NCBI GenBank assembly: GCA_050273025.1
Contig: CP158635.1
Location: 3,472,001 to 3,536,000, forward strand
DNA from: Cenococcum geophilum
Taxonomy: Eukaryota
DNA length: 64,000 nucleotides
Direction of reading: 5' to 3'
This document shows positions 1 through 12,477 of the stretch, piece after piece (within the stretch, counting starts at the first letter, position 1; each line of letters starts with the position of its first letter). The position numbers and the translations under genes were made by a program. The notes under the pieces are model-generated. The model ran no database searches. It was not told the origin of the DNA and worked only from the letters and a program-made list of their open reading frames with translations.

Positions 1-2231
1 ATAGCACCTTAGCTTATAGATATAGCTAGAGCATACTTTACTATAGGCTACTACCTACGATTTAGAAGATCTATAACGACGGTTATCTTATAAAAAGAAG
101 GTAAAGCAGATTACTTAATCCTAGGAAGCTACCGCCCTATTGCCTTAGAAAACACCCTTAGTAAGATCTTAGAAAAGGTAATAGCGGACCATATAGTAGA
201 TATGGCTAAGGAACACGCCTTACTACTATAGAGCTAAATAGGGGCAAGAAAGAACCGCTTAATACTATCAGCACTTACGCTGCTTGCTGCCACTATTAAA
301 TCCGCATAGGTGATATAAAGGGACTTTATAGTATTAATGCTCAGTCTAAATATTAGTAGCGCCTACAATAATGTACCCCATAAGCGTCTCCTATATATTT
401 TTAGGGCAAAAGGCTTCCCAGAATGAATTATATAATTTATTTAAGGGTTTATAGGTTAGAAAGAAATATTACTAGTCTTTAGCGGATACTAGAGCCCCCT
501 TATTATAGTTACAACAGGAATACTATAAGGATTACCCCTCTTACCTATACTCTTTCTTTTCTTTATAAGCAACCTGTTTAACTCCTTTAAGGAAGGGGCG
601 ACCTAGGGGATAGGCTTTATTAACGATATAAACCTAATTATATATAGGCCAACAGCCGCAGAGAATTGTAGAATACTAGAGAAAGCTTATAATACCTATA
701 TAGAATGGGCAAGACGATATAGAGTCCAATTTTTACCAGAGAAATACTAGCTAATTTACTTTATAAGAAAACGCAACTAATCTATAGATCTCTAGTATAT
801 AATTTACATTTAAGGCTTTAGGGGTTAACTAGTTTAGGGCCTAAGGGTATTAGGAGTATAGGTAGATAGTAAGCTTTGGTAGAGCGTATATACGGCGTAA
901 GCGGCCTATAAGGGCTAAGTATAGTATATCGCATTATTTAGGATCGTTAATTCTATATAGGGTCCATACTTCTAGAGGTTACGCCTACTATATATAGTAG
1001 TTGTCCGGCCAACTATAATATATAGGTCCAGTATTTGGGCCATTAGAGAATCTAAGAAAGGCCCCCCTAAGTTACTCCTTAAACCACTCTAAAAGGTCTA
1101 AATAGCCTGCCTCTAGAGTATAATAGGCGTATATAAGCGAACGGCTATAGTACTACTTAAGAAGGAAGCCCCCCCTATAACTATATATTAAAGCCACTAT
1201 AATATAAAGGGCGTAAAATAAACGTAACTTTAATGTTATAAAGTATATTAAGATACGCCTAAATAAACTATAGAGAGACCTTAGGGCGCCCTATAGGAGA
1301 ATAAACTAATAACCCTAAAGTAGGGAAGATATATTAGAGAAATAAGTAAAGAAAGTAGAAGAAGAATGGTGCTGCTTTAGGGCCTAAGCCTATATAGAGG
1401 AGGAAGGGAGACGTATAAGAGGCCAGTAAAGATAATAGTAAGAGAGAAAAAGGAGCTAAAGTAGAGTATAAAAGAACGCTAGGAAACTATTTACCATAAT
1501 ATAATACTGGTTAGACCAACGCTAGAGAGGTATATAGGAGTTAAAGGTATAGAGGCTAACTAAGGTAAGAGGAACCTAAGCCGTAGCATAGTTAACGCTA
1601 TAGGGAGTAAACACTTTAGGTCTCTAAGAAGGCCTAATAAAGGCAGAAAATATAATAGTAATACTCTTAAGAATAGGAATAATAGGACTAAAAGACTGGC
1701 TCTACTGGGTGGGTATTCTAGTAGGTAGCCTAAGATATAAATATAGCTGGCTAAGACAGACACCAAAACACGTAATACTGTTATGCCCCTTACGCACTAA
1801 CTAAGAAGTAATGCTCTTAGTAGCTAGCATAGAGAACTATAATACACTACTCTTAATATAAAAAGGCCTTAAGGCGGTTACCTAGTGGCTTATTAGCTAA
1901 AATATACTAAACTAGTTCTAAGTTATAAGGGAAATAGTAATAGAGGGCGGGGGGGCGAATAACGGGCGCCCCCTAATAACTCTATAGTAGTAGAGTAAAA
2001 TATACAATACTAGCGCATCCGTAGGCTTATTACGGCAGCAATAGTCCCTAAGGAGGTTAAAAAGTAAGGTAGTAAAAGCACTATAGGTGACTCGCAGGCG
2101 CCTTATAGGCGAGTCCTAAAGGCAGGGAGATAGATTATGGGGTTTTCTTAAATAGAGTTTTCTCCCTATATATATATAAGGAGTAGTCCGCGTGGGCCTA
2201 ATAGGGATCTAAATCGGACGTTAAGTAATGA

Positions 2232-2268
<37 letters not shown>
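1..2268 (+). mobile_element. Tad1-like LINE (non-LTR retrotransposon), 3' part, RIP-inactivated
   Basis: Degenerate RT motifs SYRPIALENTLSKILEKVIA (~128), (D)ISSAY(D)NVP (~350), GI(PQ)G(S)PL(S)PILFLFF (~517) and GF(VD)D (~614), with many TAA/TAG stops. Ends in an (ATT)n tail at 2232-2268. The 5' end lies outside the window. Confidence 0.85.
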
Positions 2269-2270
<2 letters not shown>

Positions 2271-5200
2271 CTAAACTTACATTTCTTAATATTAACTTAT
2301 AAGCCCGCGTTTTATAGTTTCTTTAAGACCTTCTTAACATAAACCTAATGCTTAAGTTTATTGTCAGAGTATATAAGAATATCGTCTAGGTATACCGTAT
2401 AGAATTTATTAAAATGATTAAAAAGAACGTTATTTATATACCTTTAGTATATAGCTAGTCCGTTTATTAGTCTAAAAGGAAAAACTTTATATTTATAGGA
2501 ACTATAACGGGTATAGAACGTTGTTAAATCTTCGGATATAGGGTCTATCCTAATTTAGTAGAAAGCTTAGCGGATATTAAGTTTAGTAAAGATCTTTACC
2601 TAGCTTAGACGTATAAGGGTTTCGTTAATTAAAGAAATAGAATACCAGTCCTTTTAAGTAATAGTATTTAGCTTTTAATAGTTAATATAAAAATAAAGGC
2701 CTCTATTAGGCTTTTTTATAAATAGGATAGGGGAAGTAAAAGGGGCTTAACTTAGCTCGATAAACCCTTTATCTAGGTTATTAATTAAGTACTACTTTAT
2801 TACTTTTAGCTTATCTATTAATTAATAGTAGAGGGGGCTATAGCCCAGCAAGTTATTAGCTTTTAATTAAATTTTATAATTATATATTTGGTAAGGGGGT
2901 AACTTATTTAAGGCTGCCTTTAAAAATATATCCTTATAATTTATATAAATGGTAAAAAGGAGGCGTTTAACTAGTTCCTTATTAGTTTCCTTAGCTAGCC
3001 TTTCCTCTTTATTATTAATAATTTAGTTAATCTTATATAGGCTTGTTATAAAGACCTTATTATCCTTCTAGTATATATTAAAGTAGAATGCTATAGCGCT
3101 AATTATGGTAATATCTACGGTAGGGGGGTTACTTAATAATAGGGGCGTATGTGACTTTAGGGACTTCTAGGGTACTAGCGTTATTATTACTCCTTTTAGC
3201 TCTTATTATATCTTTTAGAGGTTATCCCTTATATCCTATTAATACGTTCTTTTCTATACTGGTTAAATCTATGCGATTTAGACGTTATTTATATTACTAT
3301 TTGTCCTGCTTCTATATATAGAGTCCTCTTTAAATATAGCACTTTAGGAGAGTATCTTTATTAGTATGGAGTTCTTTCTAGCTTTATAGTGGGCGTCTTC
3401 TTAGGTAAAGGCTAGGTTATAGGCCCAGATATCCTACTAGTAGGTAGGGTTAGCCCTTATAGCTAGTATCTTACGGTTAGTTCGGATCTCCCTAATAAAG
3501 GAGGGCAACCTTAGTCTATCCTCTAGCTAGATAAACTATCTTTATTATACATTTAACTAAATATTAAAATAGGATATCTATTTTTATTTAAGGATTATAT
3601 TATAGGACCCTAGGTCTAGGATATAAAAGGGGATATTATATTAGCGTCGTCCGTTAAAAGCGATATATAACTTTAAGATATAGGTAACGGGCTAACCAGC
3701 TTAGCCGTTATAGCCTTTTACCTAGATAGGCTTCTCTAGTTAGATAGCTTCTGCATTTAAAAACTTGGCAATATTATTTATATAGGTAGTATTTATAAAG
3801 GCGAAGCTATTTGCTCTAGTATTAATAAGGGCGGTTATATTAACTCTATATCTATTTTAAGATACTATATATAGAACTATAAAATACTTTCCACCCATTA
3901 ACTAACTAAGATTAATCTCTTTAAGATTAATAGGGTACCCTAGGGGGGAGTCTTTCCCTAGGGTTCTTCTTTTCCCGATTTATTAGACGTTTCTCCTTCC
4001 TTTATCTCCTTAATATCGCCTATATCCTTTAGCTCTAGGTAGAACGAGGTAAAGTAACCCTACTTATTATAGTTATAGCATATAGCCAAGGCAGAGTCGA
4101 CTAAAGTATTGCGGCGAATACTAGTTAATGGCGTAGTATATAACTAGTCGGGCGAGGCTTACTAGTGCGTAGTTATAACCGCCTTTAGTATAAGAGTAGT
4201 TATAACTTATCTTCCTGCTCTAGCTCTTATAGGTATAGCTAGCGAGTTCTAATTATTACGGAGTTGCTTTTGCTAATTAGGGTAAGCGTTAATCCGCTTT
4301 AGTTCTAAGTCTAATAATAGGCAATAAGCTGTAAGTTTTTTATAGGTTAGTAGGTTATCTAAGGTTACAGTAATCTTTTCTTATAGCTGGATTATTAGCT
4401 TATTATATAGGTCTAATCGGTAGTTTTTAAGGGGAACCTGGCCTTTTTCTGTAAGGTATAGGAATTAAGTCTAAAATTTAGCAAAGGGTTAGTTTAGTTT
4501 TATTATTAGGCAATTATAGTTATAACGGGTATCCCGTACTTTATTTAGGTTAATATAAATAGCCGCTAAGTGCTGTATTATCTTATTAATAGATATAAAT
4601 CGAACAGGGGAATCGTCCTTAAACTTAGCTTAAAGGTGCCGCTAGGCGTCCCCAGTAGTTTGGCTAAAGAGGTAGAGTATTTTAGCTTCTTTAGAAAAAA
4701 ATAGTTATAGTTAACGCGGAGCTTTCCTTATACTTAAATCCTTTAATTCTTAAAGGTAGGGTCTATCCTATTAGATAGTAATAGGGGGTTAAAGAGCTTA
4801 ACAGACTTTAATTACTTTATTATTATATTTAGTAAAGTAAACAGGTTAGCTAGGGCTTTAAAAAGGGGAAGCTAAGCTATTTTATAGGGCCGCGAGGCTT
4901 TCTAGGATTTCTTATAAGGTCTCTTATATATTCTTTACCTCTAAATAATTAGCTTCCTAGTTAGTTGCAAGGGCGCGGATCTGCTCGTATACGTCTATAA
5001 CGTTATTATTATCTTTAATTTCTGATCCCAATTAGATCTTAGGTTCCTCTTAGGTAAAGGCAGCTCTCTTAAATAAGCTAGCTTTAGGTGCCATTATTAG
5101 CTTCCTAGGGTTCGTTAGTATTATACGCTTTAGTTTTAATTCTAGGAGTATAGGTTTAGTCCTATCTAGTTTATAAGGTAGGATATTATCTAGGCCTTCC

Positions 5201-5537
5201 TAGGTAGTATAGAGTTATTTTTTAGTGTCTAAGTATAGCGCATTAATGCGTTATTATAGACGAAGTTTTTTTTAGGGTGGGATATTATTAAGCCCTTCCT
5301 AGGCAGGGTAAAGTAAGCTTAGTATAATATTACGGCTTATACAAATGCCTCTAAACCAAAGCTTGTAGAATGCTGTATTACGAAGATACTAAGCTAAAGA
5401 GAAGGAAAAGGGGTCGCTAGGACCGATGTAAATAAATATATAGGGTGAGTCGCTAAGGCGCTAGCTTTGGGCGGGCCAATCGCAGGTCGGCAGAATATGG
5501 CAAAATTTGGCAGGTAACGTGCGGTAGCGCCGTTACA
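2269..5537 (-). mobile_element. Ty3/Gypsy LTR retrotransposon, 5' half (LTR, gag, protease, RT), cut by the LINE; RIP-inactivated
   Basis: Minus-strand RT motif TVYLDDILIYSDN (~2365-2400), VKIFT-like and YLLFL(YPLP)-like RT segments, and a degenerate gag CCHC knuckle (~4040-4090). A TG..CA-bounded ~210 bp LTR lies at 5328-5537. Confidence 0.8.
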
Positions 5538-5539
5538 GT

Positions 5540-5845
5540 ATTCTGTCGTATTCTACTATCCTACTACTAGCTCGTTTACTAATAGCGCTTTAGCGGTATT
5601 CCTCTTCTCCTTAGCTTAGTATATTTATAAGATAGCAATCTATAAGCTTTACTTTAGAAGTATTTATACAAGCCGTTACAATATCTATAATGGCTTAAAT
5701 AAATGCCTCTAAGGTAAAGCTTAAACGAATACTATATTATAAAGACACTAAGCTTAAATAAAGAAGAAGGGGTATATATAGGAGGCAGATATATATTATA
5801 TATACGTTAAGACGCCAAGTCCTTACGCGCAACGGTGCTATATCC
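5540..5845. repeat. Two LTR relics related to the 5328-5537 LTR, arranged head-to-head
   Basis: The reverse complement of 5590-5680 and the forward strand of 5686-5770 both resemble the LTR start TGTAACGGCTT..AAATGCCTCTAA..AAAGCTT..CTAAGCT..AGAAG. Confidence 0.6.
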
Positions 5846-5849
5846 CTTT

Positions 5850-7005
5850 TATAATTAGGTATAATTAAGTAATTACTATAAACCTTACCCTTACTTAAAA
5901 AGATCTTTCTTAAGCGTTTAATACTATCTTATGTTAGCCTAAATGTCTTTTAGATAAGCCTATTATTTAGGTATTTATTAATTATAGCCTATTTAATTAA
6001 TTAATTGGCTATTTTAAATATATATACCATAAGATCTTTAATAGGGGATTAAATAATTTAAGGCAAAGTAGGGTCTAATTGCTATAGAAGAGCGCTTTTT
6101 TAACTGCTAGTATATCTTATATATATTGGGTTAGAGTATTAGGCTTCTAGCGTTAAGCGCCTAGGTATTACGTAATTAAGGATTAGAAATGGAGTAGATA
6201 TTCTAACTAGTGGGCCTAATATTAGCTTAGCTATTTTAGGGTTATAAAGTATTATAGGATTCTTATAATTACTAAGGACATTAATTAAAAATCTAATACC
6301 TTCTAGCTCTAGTTACTCTTATATAAAATAATAGCCAATAATTTTTTATTATAGATTTTATAATTATATTTAGCTAAGCTTAGTTGTTTTAAGAAGTATA
6401 CTTTAGATTATCCTATACCCATTAGGGTACCACGTTATTAATAAAGGTATAGACCGTATATATAATACGAAGGAACTTTACTTAATCTATACCTTTTAAT
6501 TGCCTAATTCTTATCGATAATATAGGACGATAATTAACTATTAATAGGAAAATTATTATTCTTTATTATATTAAAATAGAATGGTTCTAATAATATAATT
6601 AGATAGGTTAGCTTCTATAATACTTATCTAGTTTAAATTAAAGCGTTAGAGTATAGATATAGTAGTAAATATAACCTTTAGACAAATAAAGGCCTTACCC
6701 TTTTAGGTCAAAACTATTAAGGATAAAACTAAGACGGAGAAATTGGTAAATCTTAGAAAAGCCTTTATATCCTTAACGTTCTTAAGTTTTTACTAGTTTG
6801 TAATTACTTTAACTTTTATTAAATGTATTTATAAGCTATTTATAGAAATAATAAGTCTAAGATATAGAATTTCCACTTAGTAGAACTTGTAATTATCTAT
6901 ATCTTACTATATACTAGCTTCGCTTAGAGCTTATAAAATAAGTTTAACGTATTTTTAGTATTTAAATATATTATTGCTATATAAAAGGATATTATTAGTA
7001 TAAGC
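5850..7005 (-). mobile_element. Gypsy pol fragment (RT C-terminus/RNase H), heavily RIPed
   Basis: Minus-strand AYT(DD)ILLYS (~6980-7005), KNVKDIKAFL(G)FTNF, K(E)LLAII and LEYL..F-like RNase H motifs. Confidence 0.65.
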
Positions 7006-7009
7006 AGCA

Positions 7010-7304
7010 TCCCTTAAACCGTTAGGGTACTATATTATTGATAAAGATATAGCCTATATCTATAATACCAAAAGAACCATACTTAAAGTTCTATTTATCT
7101 ATAACTGTACCTTTAACAATGTCTAGTTGCTAAAAGCCTTATATTAATTGACTTAACACCAAGGATTGAACCTAGGTAGAGCTTTTGCTAAGAAATAGTC
7201 AAATATTAATAGCTTTATATTTCTAATCACGGCTAAGAATCTATGCGTCGTAATTGGCTAAATACTTATCGATAACGTAGGACGAAAAATTAACGGTTTA
7301 AGGG
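7010..7304. mobile_element. Small TIR element (MITE-like) of a dispersed TTATCGATAA-containing family
   Basis: Terminal inverted repeat CCCTTAAACCGTTA / TAACGGTTTAAGGG. Related sequence occurs at ~6420-6545 and 15105-15250. Confidence 0.5.
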
Positions 7305-7648
7305 ATAGAAGACGTCAAGTAGGGGCGTAGGGTATTATTTATATAGTATTAGAATAAGCTTAGGGCGTTTACGAAGCCAAATAGCATTACTAAGTAGTTA
7401 AATAATCCGTACTAGGCATGAAATATAGTGAACTATTTATCTCCTTATATAGTATGGAGGCGGTTAAATATAAAGATAATATTAAGCTTTATATAGAAGT
7501 GAGCCTTACTTAATTAGTTTAATATCTCTTATATTAATAGGATTAAGTACTAGTTCTTAATAGTAATAGCGTTAAGAGCTCGGTAGTCTACATAAAAGCG
7601 TAAACTACTGCTAGGTTTCTTGATAAAGATTACTACTAGGCAATGTGA

Positions 7649-8896
7649 CTAAGCTTCAACTGTGGACAGGCTATCTACAACTACAAAACTGTTATTGCCT
7701 CCACAAGCCACACTTCTGACTCGCTTCATGCTCAGTTCCTGTACCTCGGCCAAGTTTGCTAGAAATTGTAGTTTCTGACCAAGCCCAAGCTGCCCAATCT
7801 CACCTTGCCCGGCACAGAACAGTGCCCTTTTCAAGACCTTTTCTAAATTATTCACTTCAGCAGCAACGACCAAATGGCCTGATCCAATGCCGAAATCGTA
7901 TACGCATGCTCGCAAGTTATCGATGGTAACACAGACTTCCTTCACAAATTCATCTTCTTCATCTTCGTTGTCGGTCTCTTCACGAACTGTTCTCAATGCG
8001 GCAATCTCTCCATTCGAACTAGGGTTACCCTGGCCCCAGATGAACAATTCGCCTTCATTGCTCAATGCGCCACTCATCCAACTTCCGGAAGCTATTTTTT
8101 CCACGCGTGTTTCAGAAAGATAAGGAATTTGCGTGGGAATTGAAGCAGAGGATAGGTCTGCAATTGGCCTTCCAAGACAACGAACATAACGAGAGTCTCC
8201 CCAGGTGTAGATGCAGCCGGTGCTTGTGAGGAGACCAAAGCTTGTGGCGCCGCTAACGAGCTGTGAGGAAAGTCCAGGAATGACATAGAAGCTATGCCGA
8301 ATTCCTGAAGAAGAGGTAGGTGGTAGCGGATCAGCCTTACCAGATGTATCGAAGAAAGGATGGCTCTTATACCATGTTCTGAATTCTTCTACAGTGCCGA
8401 ATTGGAGAATGTATGTTCGAGGCGGAGTTCCTTCAGACTTCTCACAGAATGTTACCGCAACACGAGAATTTCCAGCGATGGAAATGTGGGTGAGCTTGAT
8501 TGGGTCAAGGTTCATGCCAAAGCGCTGGAATGCTTTTGAAGATGTGGTGCTAGACGTGTGATCAATCATTGAACGCTTGAAAGGGTGCGTATCAAGGAAG
8601 AAAAGCTGTCCGGTTCCGGAAATGCAACCTTGAACGCCTTCATGTGCACCGAAGAAGGATGCCGGGATCACATCAGGACAAGACGTCTCCGACAATCCGA
8701 TTGTGGAAGACAGGCAGCTTGAAGCGCCGCCCAAGAGTCGATAGCTTTTATTCAGGAGAACAAGGGTTTCGGACCAGGAAACAAACAAAATCTGGGCGTT
8801 GTCAGCCGAAGCTATTCTCAGAGGACTGAGTATATCTTCCTCGGTGTGCTGAGCCAACTGCCGAAATGCGTTGAAACCCCAGGCGTAGATGTCCAT
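7649..8896 (-). CDS. RCC1/BLIP-II beta-propeller family protein
   Basis: Open ORF with RCC1-repeat motifs YAWGFNAFRQL, IYTWGD..CLGR, KIASGSWMSGALSNEGELFIWG, GQGEIGQLGLG and VACGGNNSFVV. Start placed at MDIYAWG (8896); the frame stays open to 9319. Confidence 0.85.
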   Translation of the reverse strand: MDIYAWGFNAFRQLAQHTEEDILSPLRIASADNAQILFVSWSETLVLLNKSYRLLGGASSCLSSTIGLSETSCPDVIPASFFGAHEGVQGCISGTGQLFFLDTHPFKRSMIDHTSSTTSSKAFQRFGMNLDPIKLTHISIAGNSRVAVTFCEKSEGTPPRTYILQFGTVEEFRTWYKSHPFFDTSGKADPLPPTSSSGIRHSFYVIPGLSSQLVSGATSFGLLTSTGCIYTWGDSRYVRCLGRPIADLSSASIPTQIPYLSETRVEKIASGSWMSGALSNEGELFIWGQGNPSSNGEIAALRTVREETDNEDEEDEFVKEVCVTIDNLRACVYDFGIGSGHLVVAAEVNNLEKVLKRALFCAGQGEIGQLGLGQKLQFLANLAEVQELSMKRVRSVACGGNNSFVVVDSLSTVEA

Positions 8897-9751
8897 GTAG
8901 ATGTCGATTTGGAGTCCATCTAAACCTTCATTTGAATGCCCAGATAGGGGTTGGTTTGGGTGGAGCGTCAAGGGAGAGACAAGGGAGAGAAAAGGGAAGA
9001 ATTGTGGTGCCGTTACCCGGATGACGCTTGGATCGCAGACAGGGAATCGCAATCTCAATCCCCGTGCCCCTCGCAACTTACCCCCGCACAATCCGGCATA
9101 AAACGTCTCAATTGGTCGCCAGCTTCTGCTTCGAATCTCATCTGGCACGCTGCTTGATCGTTGCTGCACTCTCTTGTCAGCGTAGACGCCGTGCTTAGCC
9201 ATCCGACATGGCTGATCCCCACCTAGACATTCAATGCAGCATATTACGACTTTGATACTCATACTCATACTCACACTAATATTCAACTTTCTGCCTTCAA
9301 CTTGACATACCTTCCGCAATCATCACGGGCGCTAATTCTGGCATTGGCCATGCCTTTGCGCAGATAATCAAAGAGGTATCCGCTCTGCACCGCTTCTCCC
9401 GCTTCTCCCAATTAGGAGTACCACTTTTAATATAGTTCAAACTCATGTAACGGCGCAATACCTTATACGCCGTGCCTACTCTGGGTTTCTGTGAGACCCG
9501 TACTTTTGTTAGTTTTCTCAAAATAGACTAAGTTGTGAACAGCTCTACAGTGTTCCGAGGTACTACATTCATTTCAAAATGAAGTTATGTCAAGTGCAGG
9601 AAGGCTTCCATGCGTGTTCTCGAATGCAAGTTCTGTACGAAAAGAGGTCTTTACATTTGTATACATTGCCACTACCGCGATATAATTATAATGTTCTAAT
9701 CTATTAAACAGATCCAGAAGCAGTTTTTTTTACCAGGCCTTAATTACCGGC

Positions 9752-10717
9752 CAGTGATCTTATTGGACTGGGGTCTATTTAGAGCTCCAGTGTGGATTCA
9801 AAGTCGACGTGGATTTGGATTGGGCCTTCTAATTGGTAGATTGGAGTAGATCTTGGTTGATTTAACTCCTAGAGCTCCAAATCTATACCCAATTCGAACT
9901 GCGGCTGAGGAGGAATAGAGCGCTAGGGAGTCAGTGCATAAGAGGAAGCCAATCGGCAACTCTTAAAACCCTACCACTAACTCACGTCCAATAAGTAGTG
10001 TAGGACACTTGGTTACCTGCCCCTACTGCCATCGCTATGCTGTTGCGGCTCTGATCTACACCTGCTGTTGTGTTATATTTGACTTTCCTACCTCCGCAAT
10101 AGAACGATTTCTCTTAGTACGCCTACCTCTACCATCTGACAACGTTATCCTTACCCCGAAATTGATTAATTTAAAAGCCGACGACATAAAGGAGGTGGCT
10201 GAGTTTAAGCTGTAGGGCAAGAACTCGATATAACGCCTTAACGAAGAAACCGAAGCATATAAAGCAACGCACGTTACCTATATAACTTTAGAGTGAGGAT
10301 CTATAGCTAAAGGAAGGCGACGACTCGATTACATATCAGTACTATTATATTTAAAATGCAGTAGTAAATGCGGTAGTAGAGTTACCTCCGGGGGAGCCAG
10401 GTGGGCCGGTAAGCCTGTGGTTATAGAGTCAGATGATGACGAGAGTAAGAGCCACGATGAGGGCGCACATGCCGCCCTTGAGGAGGCGATTAAGGTAGAA
10501 GATTACGAAGCTTCTTATATAGAGGCCTTGTGATTTAGGGTTAATCTGGTACGTTCTTCCTTCCTTACCTTTTTCCTTACCTTCTGCCAAGACTTACTAT
10601 TTATAGTATATATTTGATCTGGAGCCATATTGGAGTCCTGGAGCTCCACCGCCTCCTTAGCGTATGGAGTGGATTTGGGGGTCAAATCCACTCCAGTCCA
10701 GTCCAATAAGATCACTG
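9752..10717. mobile_element. Non-autonomous hAT-like DNA element
   Basis: TIR CAGTGATCTTATTGGACTGG / CCAGTCCAATAAGATCACTG. The 8-bp flanks TTACCGGC / TTATTGGC fit a TSD with two C>T changes. Subterminal TGGA(T/G) repeats are present, and a related end lies at ~18835-18940. Confidence 0.7.
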
Positions 10718-11325
10718 TTATTGGCCACCAGCCCAATGCCCTCAACCGTAACTCTTTATAATAATAACATGTCATATGTGGTGGGCAATCGATACCATCT
10801 TCGCATGTTTCATGAGGCGTCATTTCCGCTGTCTCGACGCCAGAATGAATGAATTCATAGCAAACATACCTACTAATCCTCAATATCGTCATCACTAAGA
10901 ACGAGTTTAGCTACTTCCTTCTCAACTATTCCAGGCAACCTGGTCGCTTCGTGATCTTGTTTAACGTCTGCGATAAATTTTCCGGTCTTTCGTCGCTCTC
11001 ACCTAATCAGTGTTCCTCATAATGATACAAAGTCCTTGCTACTGACCTTACCATCGGAGATAAATTAAAAGGACCGGCTTGTGACACAGCCCAGCTTGCT
11101 GTTCCCTCCCAGGCTTCCATTCAAGCCTTCAAGCACGGATTCAAGGATCATCCTCTAGGCCTTCTCCTCAACATTGTGAGTTAGTAATTTAGCGAAGTTT
11201 CATTATGCCACTAACGTGTTCAACCTAGCAGGAGCCATGTCACCGAAGGAGCAAGACAGCCTCGAAACCGTTGATGAGAAGGTCCTCACGAATACTTTCT
11301 CTGTGAATACGTTCGGTTCCTTACT

Positions 11326-11442
11326 TGTTGGAAAGTAATGCTTGACTTGATTTCCCTATCTAGGGAGGTTTGTGGCTATATATAATACAATAATAGGGAG
11401 GCTGGCAACCAGCCTCCTCCACCAGAAGGTCGACTCTCAACA
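11326..11442. mobile_element. 117-bp insertion with TGTTG..CAACA termini (probable solo LTR) in an SDR exon
   Basis: Interrupts the NTFG(P)LLLTQ coding sequence; termini are canonical for LTRs; TSD not clean. Confidence 0.5.
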
Positions 11443-12477
11443 CTTCTCACCCAAACCCTCCTCCCAAATCTACTGAAATCGAACAGGCCTCGCATTGGAG
11501 TCATGTCAAGCCGAGTCGGCAGTATCGGAGATAATTCAACCGGTGGATCCTACGCGTATCGGGCATTGAAAGCAGCTCTAAACAGCATCTTCAAGGGAAT
11601 GGCCATGGACTAGATAATCAATTATCAACCAAAGAACACGCGTTCCTGTGATTTTTATCATGCGTTTTATTTAATTACCATATCAAATCGATCAGGCCAT
11701 ATAGACGGATTTACAACCAGTCACGTGTCTCACATAAATGAGCCATCGCAGCTCTCTCCAGTAGGCTACGAGCAATATATTCGAAGCAGCAAGCATTCCA
11801 TGGTGGGGAACAACTCGTGAAGTGATTCCAGCATTTAATTAAGTGAACCTTAGCCCTAGACTAGTGTATATAGGTTAAAATCAGGTACTTAAAGATATGG
11901 GCGCTTCTTGTTAGTTTATATAAAGCTGCAATATTATCCCTTAACACGTCAGGGTCCTCAGAGTAAGTGGTCCGTGCGGGAACACCGTTTTCAATTCAAT
12001 GCTTGCGCGTCTTCCAAGGATTTTATATAAAATATTACGAATATTACCAGCCTTATATTCCTGAGTACGGGCACCGAATTCAGGTGATCTGATTGGCTAC
12101 TCTTTATCGATAAATGTAGGCGATTCCTAATCTCGTTTTAGAGGCGCCTCGGGTGTCCCTGCCAAGCCTCCCAGCAACTTTTCTTGAAAGGCAGAGTTCG
12201 CTGTATGTAACACTGCATACCATGAATCTCATCTTCTTTGGCTAGATAACTTGAACAGAATGCGTAGTAGAGCCGAACCACCATTGGCCTCCCTCCCCCA
12301 AACGGTCGTTATATTAACGCCAAATAGGATATATCGGGATAAGATTAGTGGACGCGACGGTCAGCGTTCCCTTTCCTCATGTGTATAGAAAAGGCATAAA
12401 GGGATGAGGGCTCTGACTGTCTTTTCAGAAATCTTCAACGGTATAACTAGTCTCTATCCCTCTTAACCAGCCTGGGA

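Larger units (their letters stand above)
9306..11613 (+). pseudogene. Short-chain dehydrogenase/reductase (CsgA/C-factor-like) pseudogene split by insertions
   Basis: PSAIITGANSGIGHAFA at ~9310 (start codon reads ATA), LLLNI(AG) at ~11160, NTFSVNTFG at ~11290, and SSRVGSIGDNSTGGSYAYRALKAALNS (YxxxK) at ~11505-11585, followed by a premature stop. Confidence 0.8.

Noticed and set aside
7155..7185. tRNA T-arm-like GGTTCAATCC on the minus strand
   Set aside because: No acceptor, D or anticodon stems can be built; it lies inside RIPed repeat sequence.
8897..9319. 140-codon N-terminal extension of the RCC1 ORF
   Set aside because: RCC1-like sequence starts at MDIYAWG. The extension looks like promoter/UTR shared with the divergent SDR relic and has no recognisable domain.
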